NCBI GenBank assembly: GCA_016906335.1
Contig: JADEYG010000002.1
Location: 992,001-1,056,000 of the forward strand
From: Novakomyces olei
Lineage: Eukaryota
Reading direction: 5' to 3'
DNA length: 64,000 nt
A model generated the notes under the pieces. That model was not told the origin of the DNA and made no database searches. It saw only the letters and a program-made list of their open reading frames with translations. Each line of letters opens with the position of its first letter. Positions within the stretch are counted from its first letter, which is position 1. Below, in pieces: positions 12,301 to 26,900 of the stretch. The position numbers and the translations under genes were made by a program.

Positions 12301-14950
12301 CCGGTTCAATGTGCACAATCTCCAGTTCAAATGGAACAATAAAGTCAGAAACGCATTTTTAACCTACATCCACCAGGTGTCACAGCGGCGTGGGTACGTG
12401 TACTATATGTCGCGAAAGGCAGTTAGGTTTATTGCGGATTTAGTGGAGGAGAAGCGGCGAAAAGACAAAGAGTTTAGAGGCAATACGGATATAGCGGGCG
12501 CTACAGCCAGTGGCACTGCCACTGGCAGTAGTGGAACAGTACGTGAAAACGAGTCTGAAGAGCTGTTGAGAGAGCTTTTACAGGATATAAAAACGAATTT
12601 CGATGTAAAAGACGAGACATTTACGAGTGACGGTGGAGCACAGCAGTCTCAGGTCACATTTGGCAACGAGATTCGTCACGATCCGGTGCCGGACGACTGT
12701 ATTGCTTACAATGCTTACTCTGTAGCACTAATTGCTCCACAATTCCAACTGCAGAGCGAAAAGAACGACTCTGCTGCTGTTATAATAACCACACAGGGCA
12801 TGAAGCTCCAAGTCATCTCTATCCTGGACCAAAACTCTAGGGGCGACGATGTCGGCAGCCTGATCCAGCGCAAGTTTGACTTGGCAATGGAGCAGGCACA
12901 GTTTTTCACGGCCAACGAGAGGGACTTTTCTGATCCTCTCCAATCAGCTTACCCTCTGGCTGCCTGGGGCGCTCAGCAGTCGCAGCAGTGTTGGCCACCG
13001 TGGATTCCGATAGAGTCTATCTTTGACTTTGTATCCGTGCCGGAAGCCTTTGCCCGTGTCGTTGATAGGACTTCTGTGTCCGGACTGTACATTAAAAACA
13101 ATACACTGCGCCTCAAGTCTGAGGCAGATGAGAAGAGCAGTCCGACTAATGCTCCAGACCTGGACCACCTGTACGCCGACTCGCTGCAGGTACTGTTTCC
13201 TCGGGTCATTGTATCAGCCAACTCTTCGCAGTACTTTACCATGTTTGCCATTGGCACAAACCTGCTCATGTACAGTGAGCCCATCCAGAAAGAGAGGAGC
13301 GATCATTTGGAAAAGATCATGCTGGCCGCCGATTTTAGTGATCTCTCTGGCGCTCCCGAGATGGTCACGTCCCTCCAGTCACGTATCAATCTGCTCACAG
13401 AGATCAAGGACTCTTTGCGGCACGGGAACTTTGACGAGCACGAGGCGAGGGATATCGTTGAGCTCGACAGAGAGATCCACAGCTGCTTTGAAGAGCTGTT
13501 CTACCTCATGAAATCTCTGGCAACGGCACAAAAGAAGGCAGAGACACGCAAGACAGAGGCAGCAGCGGCCATGATTTGGAATCTTATGGCAACAGAGCTG
13601 ATCTGGCACGTTTTGCAGGACGATAATAAGCCTTTTATCGACGTGGGACTCAGCCATGCGACTTACCAGCGCATAGACAACAGCGATCAGTCAAACTACA
13701 ACACTCTTGAGATCGAAATGCTGCAGGCTATTAACCTTATGGAGAACGCAGTGTTTCCAGAACTGCTCTCTCCTTACTTTGGAGACACTGGCACAGTAGG
13801 CGATGCTCGCCGCTCTAAAGTCGTACGCATTTTCTGGTGTATGCTCGAGGCAATTGGCGGTATTGCTGTGGTTGACCATTTCGAGGTCAATCTGTTCCCT
13901 CTCAAAATCCAGATCGAACAGGAAGTCGGCAAAAAGATCTTTGACTATGTCTTTCCCGTTGAAACGTCCACCATGAAGGACAGCCTGGACGACGCTGACT
14001 CGGAGACGTCGTCAGACCACGTCTCCCTTTTGGATAATACTGCAAACTCGGGCGGAGGCGGATTTGGCTCCGGCTTTGGCTCCGGCTTTGGCTCCTCAAG
14101 GCCGTCTAGCATCGATACTGGATCCTCAGTGGTCAACCACAAGAGTACTCTGGCAGCTGGTGGATTTGCCAGTAAGCTGCCCACTACGAAATCGACACTG
14201 AACAATATCCTGCGGCACAAGGACTCGATCTCGCTTGACGGGTCACGGAACAGCAATTCCTTTGACATGGACGACCAAGTATCCCTGCGAGGGAAAAGAG
14301 ACTCGCCCAGAAAACCCGGGCCTGACGACCTGGCGCAGATGATGAGCCGGGCCGGGTCAAATATGACTATAGTGTACGCTACTGTGCCCAGTGTAGTCCT
14401 GTGCATTAGCTACAAGGGCCCCAAGGGCAAAAACATTGAGGACATTCAGGACTTTGTTTTCCGTATGCCCTCGCTCGAGTACAGGAACAAGACGTGGTCC
14501 TACAAGGATCTGGCTGTGCAGCTCAAGAAGGAGGTCTTCAAGGCAATTCTATCACACTCTGGCGCCCTAATCAAGGACAAAGTATTGCACCACAAGTCTA
14601 AACGGATCAAAGCCAGGAGGCAGCTCTCGTCTTACGGGAATTTCAGACCCATGTCTGATCTAATGGTGGACAGGCAGTCTGTCGACTCTGACGCAATCAG
14701 TCTACGGCAGGAATTCTCTAATTTGTCAGACGCTGCCTCAGCAACTGCTCCAGCCTCCGACACCAGTCACGTCGGGGACCATTCAGGCTTTGGCAATTCG
14801 TTGGCACGCCATTTCTCTGAATTGTCACATAAAGCAAGGACGCGTCGAGGGATCGAGGACGACACCGAATCGGACGAAAGTAAATTTAAACGCGCAAAAA
14901 TGCTGCTCGGCGCTAAACTCACTCAACTGTCCAATCCCTCGTTCCATTAA
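6347..14950 (+). CDS. FMP27: Fmp27/Hobbit/BLTP2 (KIAA0100) bridge-like lipid transfer protein, 4 exons
   Basis: N-terminal TM segment; DDPFESRL, GFWDK, KGTRDPY..GAGF, YDAFEGFRS, DLHQRKE, WPPW motifs and Apt1-like C-terminus (PSLEYRNKTWS). Introns 7136-7339, 10617-10663, 11068-11113 restore the frame. Confidence 0.93.
7158..7218. repeat. (TTAAA)n inside FMP27 intron 1
   Basis: About 12 perfect pentamer units. Confidence 0.95.
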
Positions 14951-15104
14951 CTCGGGGGTTACGTTAGTATATAGAGATATCCAATGGGTTATGACGAATA
15001 GGAAATGTTGTATCATGACGAAAGGGTTCAGACGCAGTGCGTTGTATGGTAGAGTATATGACGGATAGTAAAAATAAAGCAGACAAAAATTTGTATATCG
15101 TACT

Positions 15105-15223
15105 AGTTATTTATATTTATTTATATTTATTAAATTTATTTATATTTATTAAATTTATTTATATTTATTAAATTTATTTATATTTATTAAATTTATTTAT
15201 ATTTATTGAATTTATTTATATTT
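15105..15223. repeat. 19-bp AT-rich tandem repeat (TTATATTTATTAAATTTAT) between convergent FMP27 and GLO2
   Basis: About 5-6 near-perfect copies. Confidence 0.9.
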
Positions 15224-15236
15224 GCTTATATTACAA

Positions 15237-16396
15237 TCAAGAAGCATTTTTCATCTCTCTCAGTTTCGCCATAACTGCCACAGGCTCTGATTCGCCAGTC
15301 GCGCGCTGTACCACAGGATTTGTAACCATCATGAACGGATTGTACAACTTTTCCTGGCCAATTGTCCGTGTTCCGCAAGTAACCTTCTCTGTAGGCTGCA
15401 ATTTATCGGCCTCTGGGATCTGGTGCTGAAAAACAGACGTGGCAAATTTCCAGTTGCTCGCAGTATACTCGTGCCCCGGGTAAACGACCGTATTATTGGG
15501 CAGTCCAGCGAGTGTTTTGTTCAGGGCTTTATGCATCTGTGCAGCATCGCCCTCAAAGAAGCGGCCGCAGCCGCCGAGGAACAAAGTGTCCCCCGTAAAG
15601 ACGCAAGACTCCTGTCCATTTGGTGAAGTCACGTGCCAACAAACGGAATCCTGAGTGTGGCACGGTGTGTGTAAGGCGGTAAACTTGGTGTCCCCAAGAC
15701 TAAACGACTCACCCGATTTTAGTGCGTTTGTCACGTGAGCACAGTCGCTGCCTCCATAGACTGGCAGACTGCCGAGCGCACGAAGCTGAATGTTAGAAAT
15801 AAGTTGATCGCCTTTCACGGCATTTGTAGGAAATATATAGAGACGAAACGCGCAAATGTATAAAAAGCAAATCAAATATTGTAGAGCGCTCCTTACCATG
15901 TCGCCATTACCGCCCGCATGGTCCCAATGGTGCTGTCAATTTTTTAGCATAAATCAAAGACGCTTGGAGCGTACGTGAGTATTGACAATTGCCTTTAGCA
16001 CTGAGCCCTGAGACTGTTTGGCTTCTTCGATTCCGGCAATAGCTCTGTCTCGTCAATGGACGATGAATAATTAAAAAAACAAATTAATAATAATAATAAT
16101 AGTAATAATAATAAAAGATTTATATATACGCTTTTGGCTCTGCCGGGTCGACGACAGCAGCGTCTGTTTAATTAGTATTTCCGCTTTTCGAGATCGAACC
16201 TTACTTTTTGTCTTGAGATCAGTTACGATATAAGCATAATTGTTGCTGCTGCCTGGAACCGTCAGCGTAAATGGCTTTGCTAGTTCCACGCACCGGGCCA
16301 CATGAAAACTGACGTGACGTTGAAAGCCCCATTAAAAGTGCGCGAAGTCATGTTCCACTGCGCAAACGCTTTGGAAGCAAAGGCACGAATTGTCAT
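15237..16396 (-). CDS. GLO2: Hydroxyacylglutathione hydrolase (glyoxalase II), 6 exons
   Basis: Spliced motifs NNYAY, VVDPAEP, THHHWDHAGGN, HTPCHT, FTGDTLF.GGCGRFFEG, PGHEYT, EK.YNPF. Five introns. Confidence 0.93.
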
Positions 16397-16885
16397 TATA
16401 CAGTGGGAACCCCCAAACTCATTATGTCATTGATACATATTCGCGCCAATAAGATACGGCACATTACTTGACTACTCTAGTCATTAAACCTAGCTAACCC
16501 TAAGATTGTAAAGTCGGGGTCCTTAACGGCAGTTTCGAGTAGTCTGTCGACCGCCAATATTTTAGAGATTAACCGCAGCATTGGCTTTGTACAGTGTGCT
16601 TCTCTGCTAACCTGAACGTGTACACAAACTATTCATGCAAAGCTGTTGATTTAATATATTTAACTTTCCTCTGCTTTGCATATAAATTGTTATTGTTCAG
16701 CAGCGTTATTAGTGCCATATCCGCCATTTTGAAGACTGCGGGCAAATGTAGAGATTTTATAGACTGGTTTTCGTCCTAGATTTGCGTACTTTGCTACTCG
16801 TATATTGCAAATCAGAACGGCATTTATATTTGATTGACGGTTAGAAAGCGCGATATACAAGGGAAAAATAAACAAATAAATAAAT

Positions 16886-17017
<132 letters not shown>

Positions 17018-17338
17018 TTAATTACTATTTATCGCTCGAGCAGTCAAAGAGGTGATTATTCAGTCAAAGGCCAGACCATACTTCAATGTTTTAAAGGTTA
17101 TCATTTTCTACGTTGTAGATACTTTCAGCTATTTCAAACACAAGGAAACACGCTTTTCAATAATGCATGTATCAATTTAAATTATGCACATAAATACAAT
17201 CGTTATTGAGAACATTTGAGTCCCAACAATCGAAACTGAAAAATGAAAAAGTTTAGATGCGTCTAGCGTAATCCAACCAAACCTCTAGAGCACAAATTCT
17301 AGAGTACAATAAATCTACGAGCAGCAATACAGAGCAAG

Positions 17339-19397
<2,059 letters not shown>

Positions 19398-19825
19398 TGA
19401 GGCTTCAGCAGTGCTCAGAATTTTTGTCGCTCAAAGGCGCAGACGCGCCCACGTTAATGGGCAGCAATGCTTGTTTCAGTGCCGATTGAGCACTTGAAAG
19501 GCGGCAGTACGGATCCACAGTCTGTTCGGCTCATGTATCGTTCATTGACGGCATTATGCACATTATATTGTGATTGTAATAGTAATATAGGTATTATATG
19601 ATAGTAATTTGATAATAAGAATTAATACATTAATAATATAACAATATACTAAACATAATATAATATAATATAATATAATAGATATCACTTATACGCGGGA
19701 CAGTGCTGACATACAAGTAATCTGTCTGCAACGATATTGGCTCGTTAAACTCCTAAACTGATCAGTAACACGAGGTCGACGCTTTTCAAACATCGGTTCG
19801 TTCTTGATCCATCACTTGTTCTTCA

Positions 19826-20211
19826 ATGGCGGTAAGTGGTAACGAGCGCGGCACTCAAAGTCCCTCAGAGTCTCTGGCGCAGACGCTTTCCTGGAACTTT
19901 GATTGCGGCCCGGTTGGCTCCGGAGTGGTACTAATGCAAAATATTTAGGGCATTGGCACAACCCTCTACAACACGGTGTTCCGCCGTAACTCTGTGTTTG
20001 TTACATCTGTACTCGCGAGCGCTTTTGTCTTCCAAATGTGAGTAATAGTAAAAGCCTGTTTTAAATTGCCGCCGTTATGCTAATCACCAGTGCGTTCCAA
20101 GAGGCAACCACGAGTATCTGGGACCGGGCGAACACTGGCAAGCAATGGAAGGACATCCGGTCACGCTATACCTCAAAGACCGGCGACGAAGAGGGCGATG
20201 ACGACGAGTAG
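19826..20211 (+). CDS. QCR9: Cytochrome bc1 complex subunit 9, 3 exons (absent from the ORF track)
   Basis: Spliced MAGIGTTLYNTVFRRNSVFVTSVLASAFVFQIAFQEATTSIWDRANTGKQWKDIRSRY. Introns 19832-19948 and 20038-20090. Confidence 0.93.
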
Positions 20212-20831
20212 ATGCCGTTCGTTTCTAATTGACAGGAACCAGCTGGTCTGCTAAGCTGACTCTCGATTTTGAGGCTCTCGATTTTGAGGCTCTGATAGTT
20301 GTTGCAAGGGGCCAGTGGACTTTGGTTTTACAATCATCCTGGATAAAAGCGTACTATAGTAATTCACTTTTTAGAACACGTTTACCTCTTAGACTATCTA
20401 CGATTCAGAATTTACCAAGGCCTTGGCCGCGACCTGCCGGACACAATTAAACTGCCATCAACTGTCGTCCTGCCTATTGCTACTTGTCTCTAATTTGCGT
20501 ATTTCAATTTTTGCGTATTTAATTGGCCAATTTTCTCGCAAGAGATTATAGGTCTTTATACTAGTAGAGCAATATATAATAAATATAGGGCAGTGTTATT
20601 ATAGGGCAGTGCCATGCAGTCTTGTAAAAATGCTAGGGTTAGGGTTTGTTACAAAACCCTAAACTATATTAATGGCACTATCACTATACATAATTTTGGT
20701 GCCAGCAAAAGTGAATAATAATTGCGTGTCAGCAAGATATAAAGGCGGTGATGGTACGGATCGCGGTCATTGACCACCAGAATCATGGCTGCCGTGATTG
20801 AGCATTTACCCCGTTGACTTATTCATCGTCA

Positions 20832-21444
20832 ATGCCTCCAAGCGACGACGCCACGAATGTCGGTGGCAGCTCTCATGCCGATCCTGCGGCAAAGGCAGCG
20901 AGTCGCGAGTACCTAGAGTTTGATCCTGACCGGCTTGGTACTCGCATTGCCAGTAAGATTAGTCAATCAATAGCGGCATTTTAACCCACAGATATGGTGC
21001 AGCCGCGTTCGAGTGTGGACGGCTCTGCCGTAAGCGAGGGCAGTGCCAAAACTAAACCGAAAATAACGAAACCTGATCTTGCAAGCTCAGACTGTAGGCG
21101 TTTAATTGTGGCAAGTGTTGCTGACTATTGCAAAGTGCATAGACGGTTCGCGTCTTTTATGGCGGAAACAGCGACGGCCCATGATCCTCGTAATATTGAG
21201 GAGACTAATGATAACGATGGCGATTCTTCTTTCGTGGAAATGGTAGGCATTGAGCGTCCACGAGTACTGACTCTTACGTTAGGCTCTCGGATTGGGTGTG
21301 CTAGAGCACAAGAGCGGTCCACAGCCTGATCGCCCGGATAATGCTGCGCCAAACGACTCTGGGATCGACGAGTTTCTCGGCTCGTTATCGCGCAAGCCAA
21401 AGCAGAAGGGCGACCTTGTGCAAGAGGTGCGCAAGAGCAAATAG
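20832..21444 (+). CDS. DUF4598 / NOPCHAP1 (C12orf45)-like protein, 4 exons
   Basis: Spliced SSDLHRRFASFM...NIEE..DGDSSFVEMALGLGVLEHK matches the IEM.LGLGVLE motif. Introns 20953-20991, 21094-21135, 21243-21282. Confidence 0.72.
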
Positions 21445-21665
21445 TGTGCTAGAACTTTACGGCAGCTCACCGTGCCAAACAGCGATTGCTATGCAGTTGC
21501 TATGCAATTCTTATGCAATTGTTAGCAGTTGAGAAAAGGCATAAAGGCTCAAAACCAACGGTAATGTGTCGGCAATTACAGAGTAATGGATAGCCGTATA
21601 GCCTGTTAAAGCGAAAATGATGTATTATTACCGTTTATTCTAAAGAATACACACTCAATCTATAC

Positions 21666-23475
21666 CTACGCCACTTGCTGCACACGACAAGTCCAGTTGT
21701 CGCCAGTTAACAGGGGAAGACTGGCACCCAAACACCAGCCCAGCTCATTGCCCTCCAGTTTTTTGGCAGTGTGCACAGTTCTATGTTTGGGCAGATCATA
21801 GCCTACTTCAAGCAGGGAGACCATATAGTTCAAGTCAAGGCACCACTGTGGCCGTGTCTGCAGTTCGAGTCTCACCTCTTCCGGCAGCTGTGTAAAATGC
21901 TGGTCCCAGGCAGACGCTCCCTGGCACACTTTATGGGCCAATGACTGCAAATCGTCAATGGAGAACTCGCTGCCCAGCAATAATGGATCAGTGCGGTCAA
22001 AGAAATAAGAAAATATCCAAATCGGCTCGTTTGCAAAAGTGTCTACTAGCGAAGGCTGATGTACTCCGTTAAAGCTACATGGCTGCACTGTACAATCATG
22101 GTTCTTGTTTAGTACAGCGTCGGCCAGAGCCCGACAGCCTTCAGCGTCGCCCTTGGCTGGTCCCACCATGGTAAAAACGGTCCCATCTTCCCCGTTAGGT
22201 GAGCCTTCTAATGGCACTTTGACCTCCTCCTCCGTGCCCGCAGCCAAGCAAGGGTTAACTACGGGCCGAGTCATCCAGTCATCGATATCCCCGGCGCCGT
22301 GCTCCTTCTTGAGCTGGTTTACCAGCTGTGTATGGACGAGTTCGCGTGCCACCATGAGACCATAATTCAAATGAGAATGCTGGTAGAGAGTAAAAGTAGA
22401 ATTGCCAAAGCTCAGCAGGTACTTGTGCTCTCCCTCCGCCAATTGCTCTTGCTTGTACACCGGCTCAAACACAATCTGGGTGGAGGCACCGCCCAGATCA
22501 AAGACGGCAGCAGTTTTGCTCTTTTGCGTACCGCCAATGTTCCCCAGCAAATAGTTTACTGTAATCCAGGCATAGACTCCTTCATCACGGCCCTCCATGA
22601 CTTGAACTCCATCGTCAACGATGGGGAACGGGTACTTTTCGTGTAATCTTTTGGCCACACTTGCCAAAATAGCATTTGATTTTTCTGTGCCCAAGCGTCT
22701 CAGGCCGGCAGTTGCCTTTACTGCCACTGGAGTGCACGAGTGCACTCCACGAGGAACATGCTCCAGCGCCTTGTCCAGCAGACCGTCCAGACTTTCTGCG
22801 GCCGCTTGAGCATCTTCGCCGTAGAACGAGAGGCCGGGCCGCAGTTCGTAGAAATTTTCGTTCACTAGTGCCGGCGCCGGGCCGCGGCAGTTGTCGAAAC
22901 GGTAGATGTGGATACGCGAGCCCTGGCTCCCGGCGTCGATCATAAGTACATATTGCTCTGGTCTCATGTTTGGTATACACGTCTGCTCCGATATCCCTTA
23001 ATTGTAAGCACTGTGCTTTACAAAAACGAATTGCTACAGATGCGTAGCGCATAGCTCTGCACAAACTGCAAACGTATAGTCACAATGGGTAAAGGCAAGG
23101 TACCGCTGTAGTGCCAAATGGACAAAAAAGAAAAAGATTAAAAAAAATAGCAAAAATAGCAAATTTAGCAAAACAAATAGCAAAAAAAGGATCAGACTTA
23201 CGTTCGGGAACAAAACTATTCCGTCGAAAAGAAAAAAGGCTGTAGAATACAGTCGCAGCCAGAGCCAGAAGCAGGAGTGTGCGGAGAGCCCGCGATCTCA
23301 GCATTTGCAGCATTGCTTGTCGTCTTCGTGCGCTAAACTTGTGACGCGCGTTATCAGTGTCCCTTCGTTCGATACGGTTAGACCAGCGACGGTAAGGCGC
23401 GTCTGTGAAAATTTGGGGTTTTCCTTTAGTGGACTCGAGATCGGGTGCTTTATAATACGACGAGAAGGCCGACAT
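21666..23475 (-). CDS. GDA1: Golgi guanosine diphosphatase (GDA1/CD39 family), type II membrane protein
   Basis: Apyrase conserved regions IDAGSQGSRIH, KATAGLR, EGVYAWITVNYL, DLGGASTQ, GWCLGA; N-terminal TM. Intron starts 23201 (GTAAGT), probable acceptor near 22998. Confidence 0.93.
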
Positions 23476-23951
23476 GCCACAGCATTAGCCGCTCGGTGTT
23501 TGCGTGTTTTTGATATATTTATATAGGCGTCTTGCCTCGAGCACGGGTGTAATTAAAATGTAAATAATTCAGTCTGGCCACTCGAATTTCGCGTACTATA
23601 TTTCTGTGTTAACCCTAACCCTAGCAAAAGGTGGCAAAAATGTATACTAGATCATTATGTATACAAATGCCTTGAATGATAATAAACCCTAACCCTTCAC
23701 TAGTCTGAATATGATACTGGCAAAGCCGTGGTGCAGACCGGATCGGCAGTGTAAACTATAACAGCAAGAGCAGAATTGGAGATGATTGCCTTAATGCGGG
23801 GATGGCCGTACAAAACTCACGCTTACAATTGTATGCCACCAATCAATCCATGGTAGTAATTCGGTACAGATACTAATCTAATTGCCATCTAGTTGTTAAT
23901 CTAATTTGCTAATCATTACTCCTAATTCATTTTTCCCATCTATATACAATA

Positions 23952-26900
23952 TCAAGTCGGCTTTGCGTCTGCTATTATCGGCAGAGCACGCGCCTCAAAA
24001 GGCGTAGTCCAGCATGAGGGGCTGGCGTAGATATAAGCATCCATGGCTTCACGAAACCTGTTTTTATACTGCCGAGGAGTCACAATAGTAGGCTCCTTGA
24101 TACCTCCACCTACGAATCCGCGCTCTTTTACCCATGATTCCAGCTTCTTATCCCAGGTAAACGTGCGTATAAAGTCGATAATGCCGACTATGAGCACACG
24201 ATTCTCGTCATCCAGACCAACGACTAGCGAATAATCCATAACGTTCATTTTTGCCAAGAAGAGTGTATCATTCCAAAGTGAAGTCTTGAGCAAACGCTTG
24301 GAAAGATCACTCAAAAATAGCGGTGTCTCGCAAATATACTCGACTAAGTTTTCGTCCAACAGCACTTCATTTGTTCGACCTGTAGACTGAACATGACGAT
24401 TGCGCATAGAGCCCTTGAGATCGTAAATCTGACTCAGCTTTCTGCCACAAAACAAGTTTTCCATCACCATAACGTCCATTTTAACCTGGCATCCCGTCTT
24501 GGGGTTGCGAATATAGATCTGGTAAGCTCCCAGTATCTTTGTCAGCACGGAGGGAAGATCGTGGAATATTGCCTGTGCAATGTACTCAAAATAAGCTGGG
24601 GCAAAGTAGAGGAACGCGTCCGTCTCAAGCTTCGACATTTGTTTTACGATAAACTGATCGTCGATTGTTTTCAAAAACATTGATCCAGATTTCCCACCAG
24701 CCGAGTCCCATTTAACACAGCGCGAGAGAGACTGAACAAACTCTGCCCGACACTGACAGCTCTCGCGTAAGGCTGCAAACTGTTCTGCATAATAGACTTT
24801 GCAGGCAAACTTTGCAGACCCTTCTTGAAACTGGTACTTCAAATGAGAGCCTGTTGGCTTGAGCAGTATTTCTTCCAGGGCCTCTTTTGCATCAGGCAAA
24901 TCTTCCTGCCAGCCAACATGGGCAATTGGTATCTTTTCCAGATAATCCTCCGAGTTTAGGGTAAAAGCAATCAGCGAGCTGGGCTCGTCTTCCCGAATTA
25001 TAACATCAGAATCGCTAAAGACGTGCTCTGACATCAACAGGGGGTACTCGAGAGACAGAAAATTACTGGTCGACCGGTTTGCCCAAAAGTTGGCCAGCGA
25101 TTTTATGAGGGACATCCTTTCCCCACCGGAAGGAGGCGCTCCTGCACTTATTCCGCCCTCCATATTAGCGTCAGTCAAGGACCGGTTATCGTCCACAAGG
25201 GAACGGCTATGGTCCCCCGAATCATTGGCAGAAACTGCCGTCTCCTCTTCCAAAGGTCTATGTGACGGTTCATCCGTCTCAGCCTGACGCGTAGCGGATG
25301 CTTGTTCGTGTACTTGACGGTGAGCATCTTCATCTTCCTCCTCGTCTTGAGGCTCTGCTTCATCAGATGAATTCTGGTCGTCCGACGGAACATCGTTGAA
25401 AACGTCAGATAAATTCTTGAAGATTTCTACTGTTGGACGCGACGGAGCCAACGAATGAGCTCGAGCTCGCCGTGCAAAGGCAAGTCGCTGTTCTTTTTGA
25501 CGTTCGCGTTCAAACTCTTGTGCAATTTGATCAAAGTGCTTTGCCAGGGTAACAACACGCTCAGACTTGTTTGAGAATAACAGGTCACGGTCTCTTTTTT
25601 TAAGGCTCGAGCTTGGCTTTGCCAAAGCTGATTCGTCAAATTTGGCTTTCAACGGTGACCTTGGTAGCATTGTACCACCAGAGCTAGCGCTGAGTACATT
25701 GTCAGAGCGAGACTCTGCTGTCTGCGGCTCTTGAGCTGAATTAGAATCCTTGACTAGAATAGGTATTCGCGAGGGCCTTTCCGCTATTGTAGTGCTAGAA
25801 TCTACCTGCGACTTGACGGCAGTATCGTCTTTCTTGCCAGTATCGCCTTCGTTCCTCAATGGCTCCCGCCCCACAGGTTGGCCGACAGGTTGGCCGACAG
25901 GTTGCCCCACAGGTTTTGCGAGAGGCATTACGCTCTCGTGTGCTTTGGCTGATAGCGCAGACGAGTCGTCTGTTTGCATAGTATTAGTTGAGGCAATAGA
26001 CAATTTATTCTCGTGTCTTTTCTGGCTGCTTTTTGCTGCCACTGTATCAAGTGCAGGAGTGGGCTGCGCTCTGCCACGGTCCATGTCTTTCATTTCCACA
26101 CCGTCAAACTCTTCCGACGACACTTGATCTTTCCCGCCAGTGGAAGCCTTATCACCGTCTCTTGGCTCTGCCGAATCTCTGTCCGAGAAAAGTTTGCGCA
26201 GATGCATGGCCGTGAAGCGTTTCAGATCGCTGTCAGAAAGTACGTACTTTCTCCCAAAACTTGTCAGTATCTGCTCCCACTCAAAGATATCTGTTTGGAA
26301 GTTACGAAACACCCGGTTCAGAGCATTGATGTCCAAGGGACCACTCTGGTTCCAGAAATCGACTAGGAAATCGAGGATTTGTTTCTCCTGCGAATCGCAT
26401 TTGGAAACGAGTATGGCAATCTCCTGACGGCACTGTGTGATGTGCTCTTCGTTTTGCAAAAAATCCGGGTTGAACTTTGTCAGACTCTCCCTCAAGGACC
26501 CATAGTAGTCTTGAGCTTGCTGCCTTATTGCACCGAATCGGGCAACACGGAGATCGTATAATCGCTCAGGCCTCCATTTAACGATGGGGGACGGCACCTC
26601 CAAATGATATATATCAATAGCGTCGTAATGGAGACGCACAGCCTTGTTGCGGAGGCCAAAGTACCGCACATGGTCGCGGAACAAGTTGTGAGGGCACAGC
26701 CCGGCTCTGCATTTAATGGGCACACTGTAAAACGACAGTTCCAGGTACTTTGAGATAGAGTAGCGGTAAGTTATATCCGACATGGGCATAACAGGGGTAT
26801 TGACTTTGCAGAGTTTACAGAAACTCCACATTAAAATTTGGCTCTCCATCCCCGGTAAAGGACAGGTGAACGGCTCAAGCACAACACTGACACGGGAATT

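Noticed and set aside
9349..14406. Numerous antisense or overlapping ORFs within FMP27 (also FAB1, NSP1, GLE1)
   Set aside because: Shadow frames of long coding sequences with no recognisable motifs.
16190..16200. GGTTCGA T-loop-like motif (tRNA)
   Set aside because: It lies in a short GLO2 intron with no cloverleaf or A-box.
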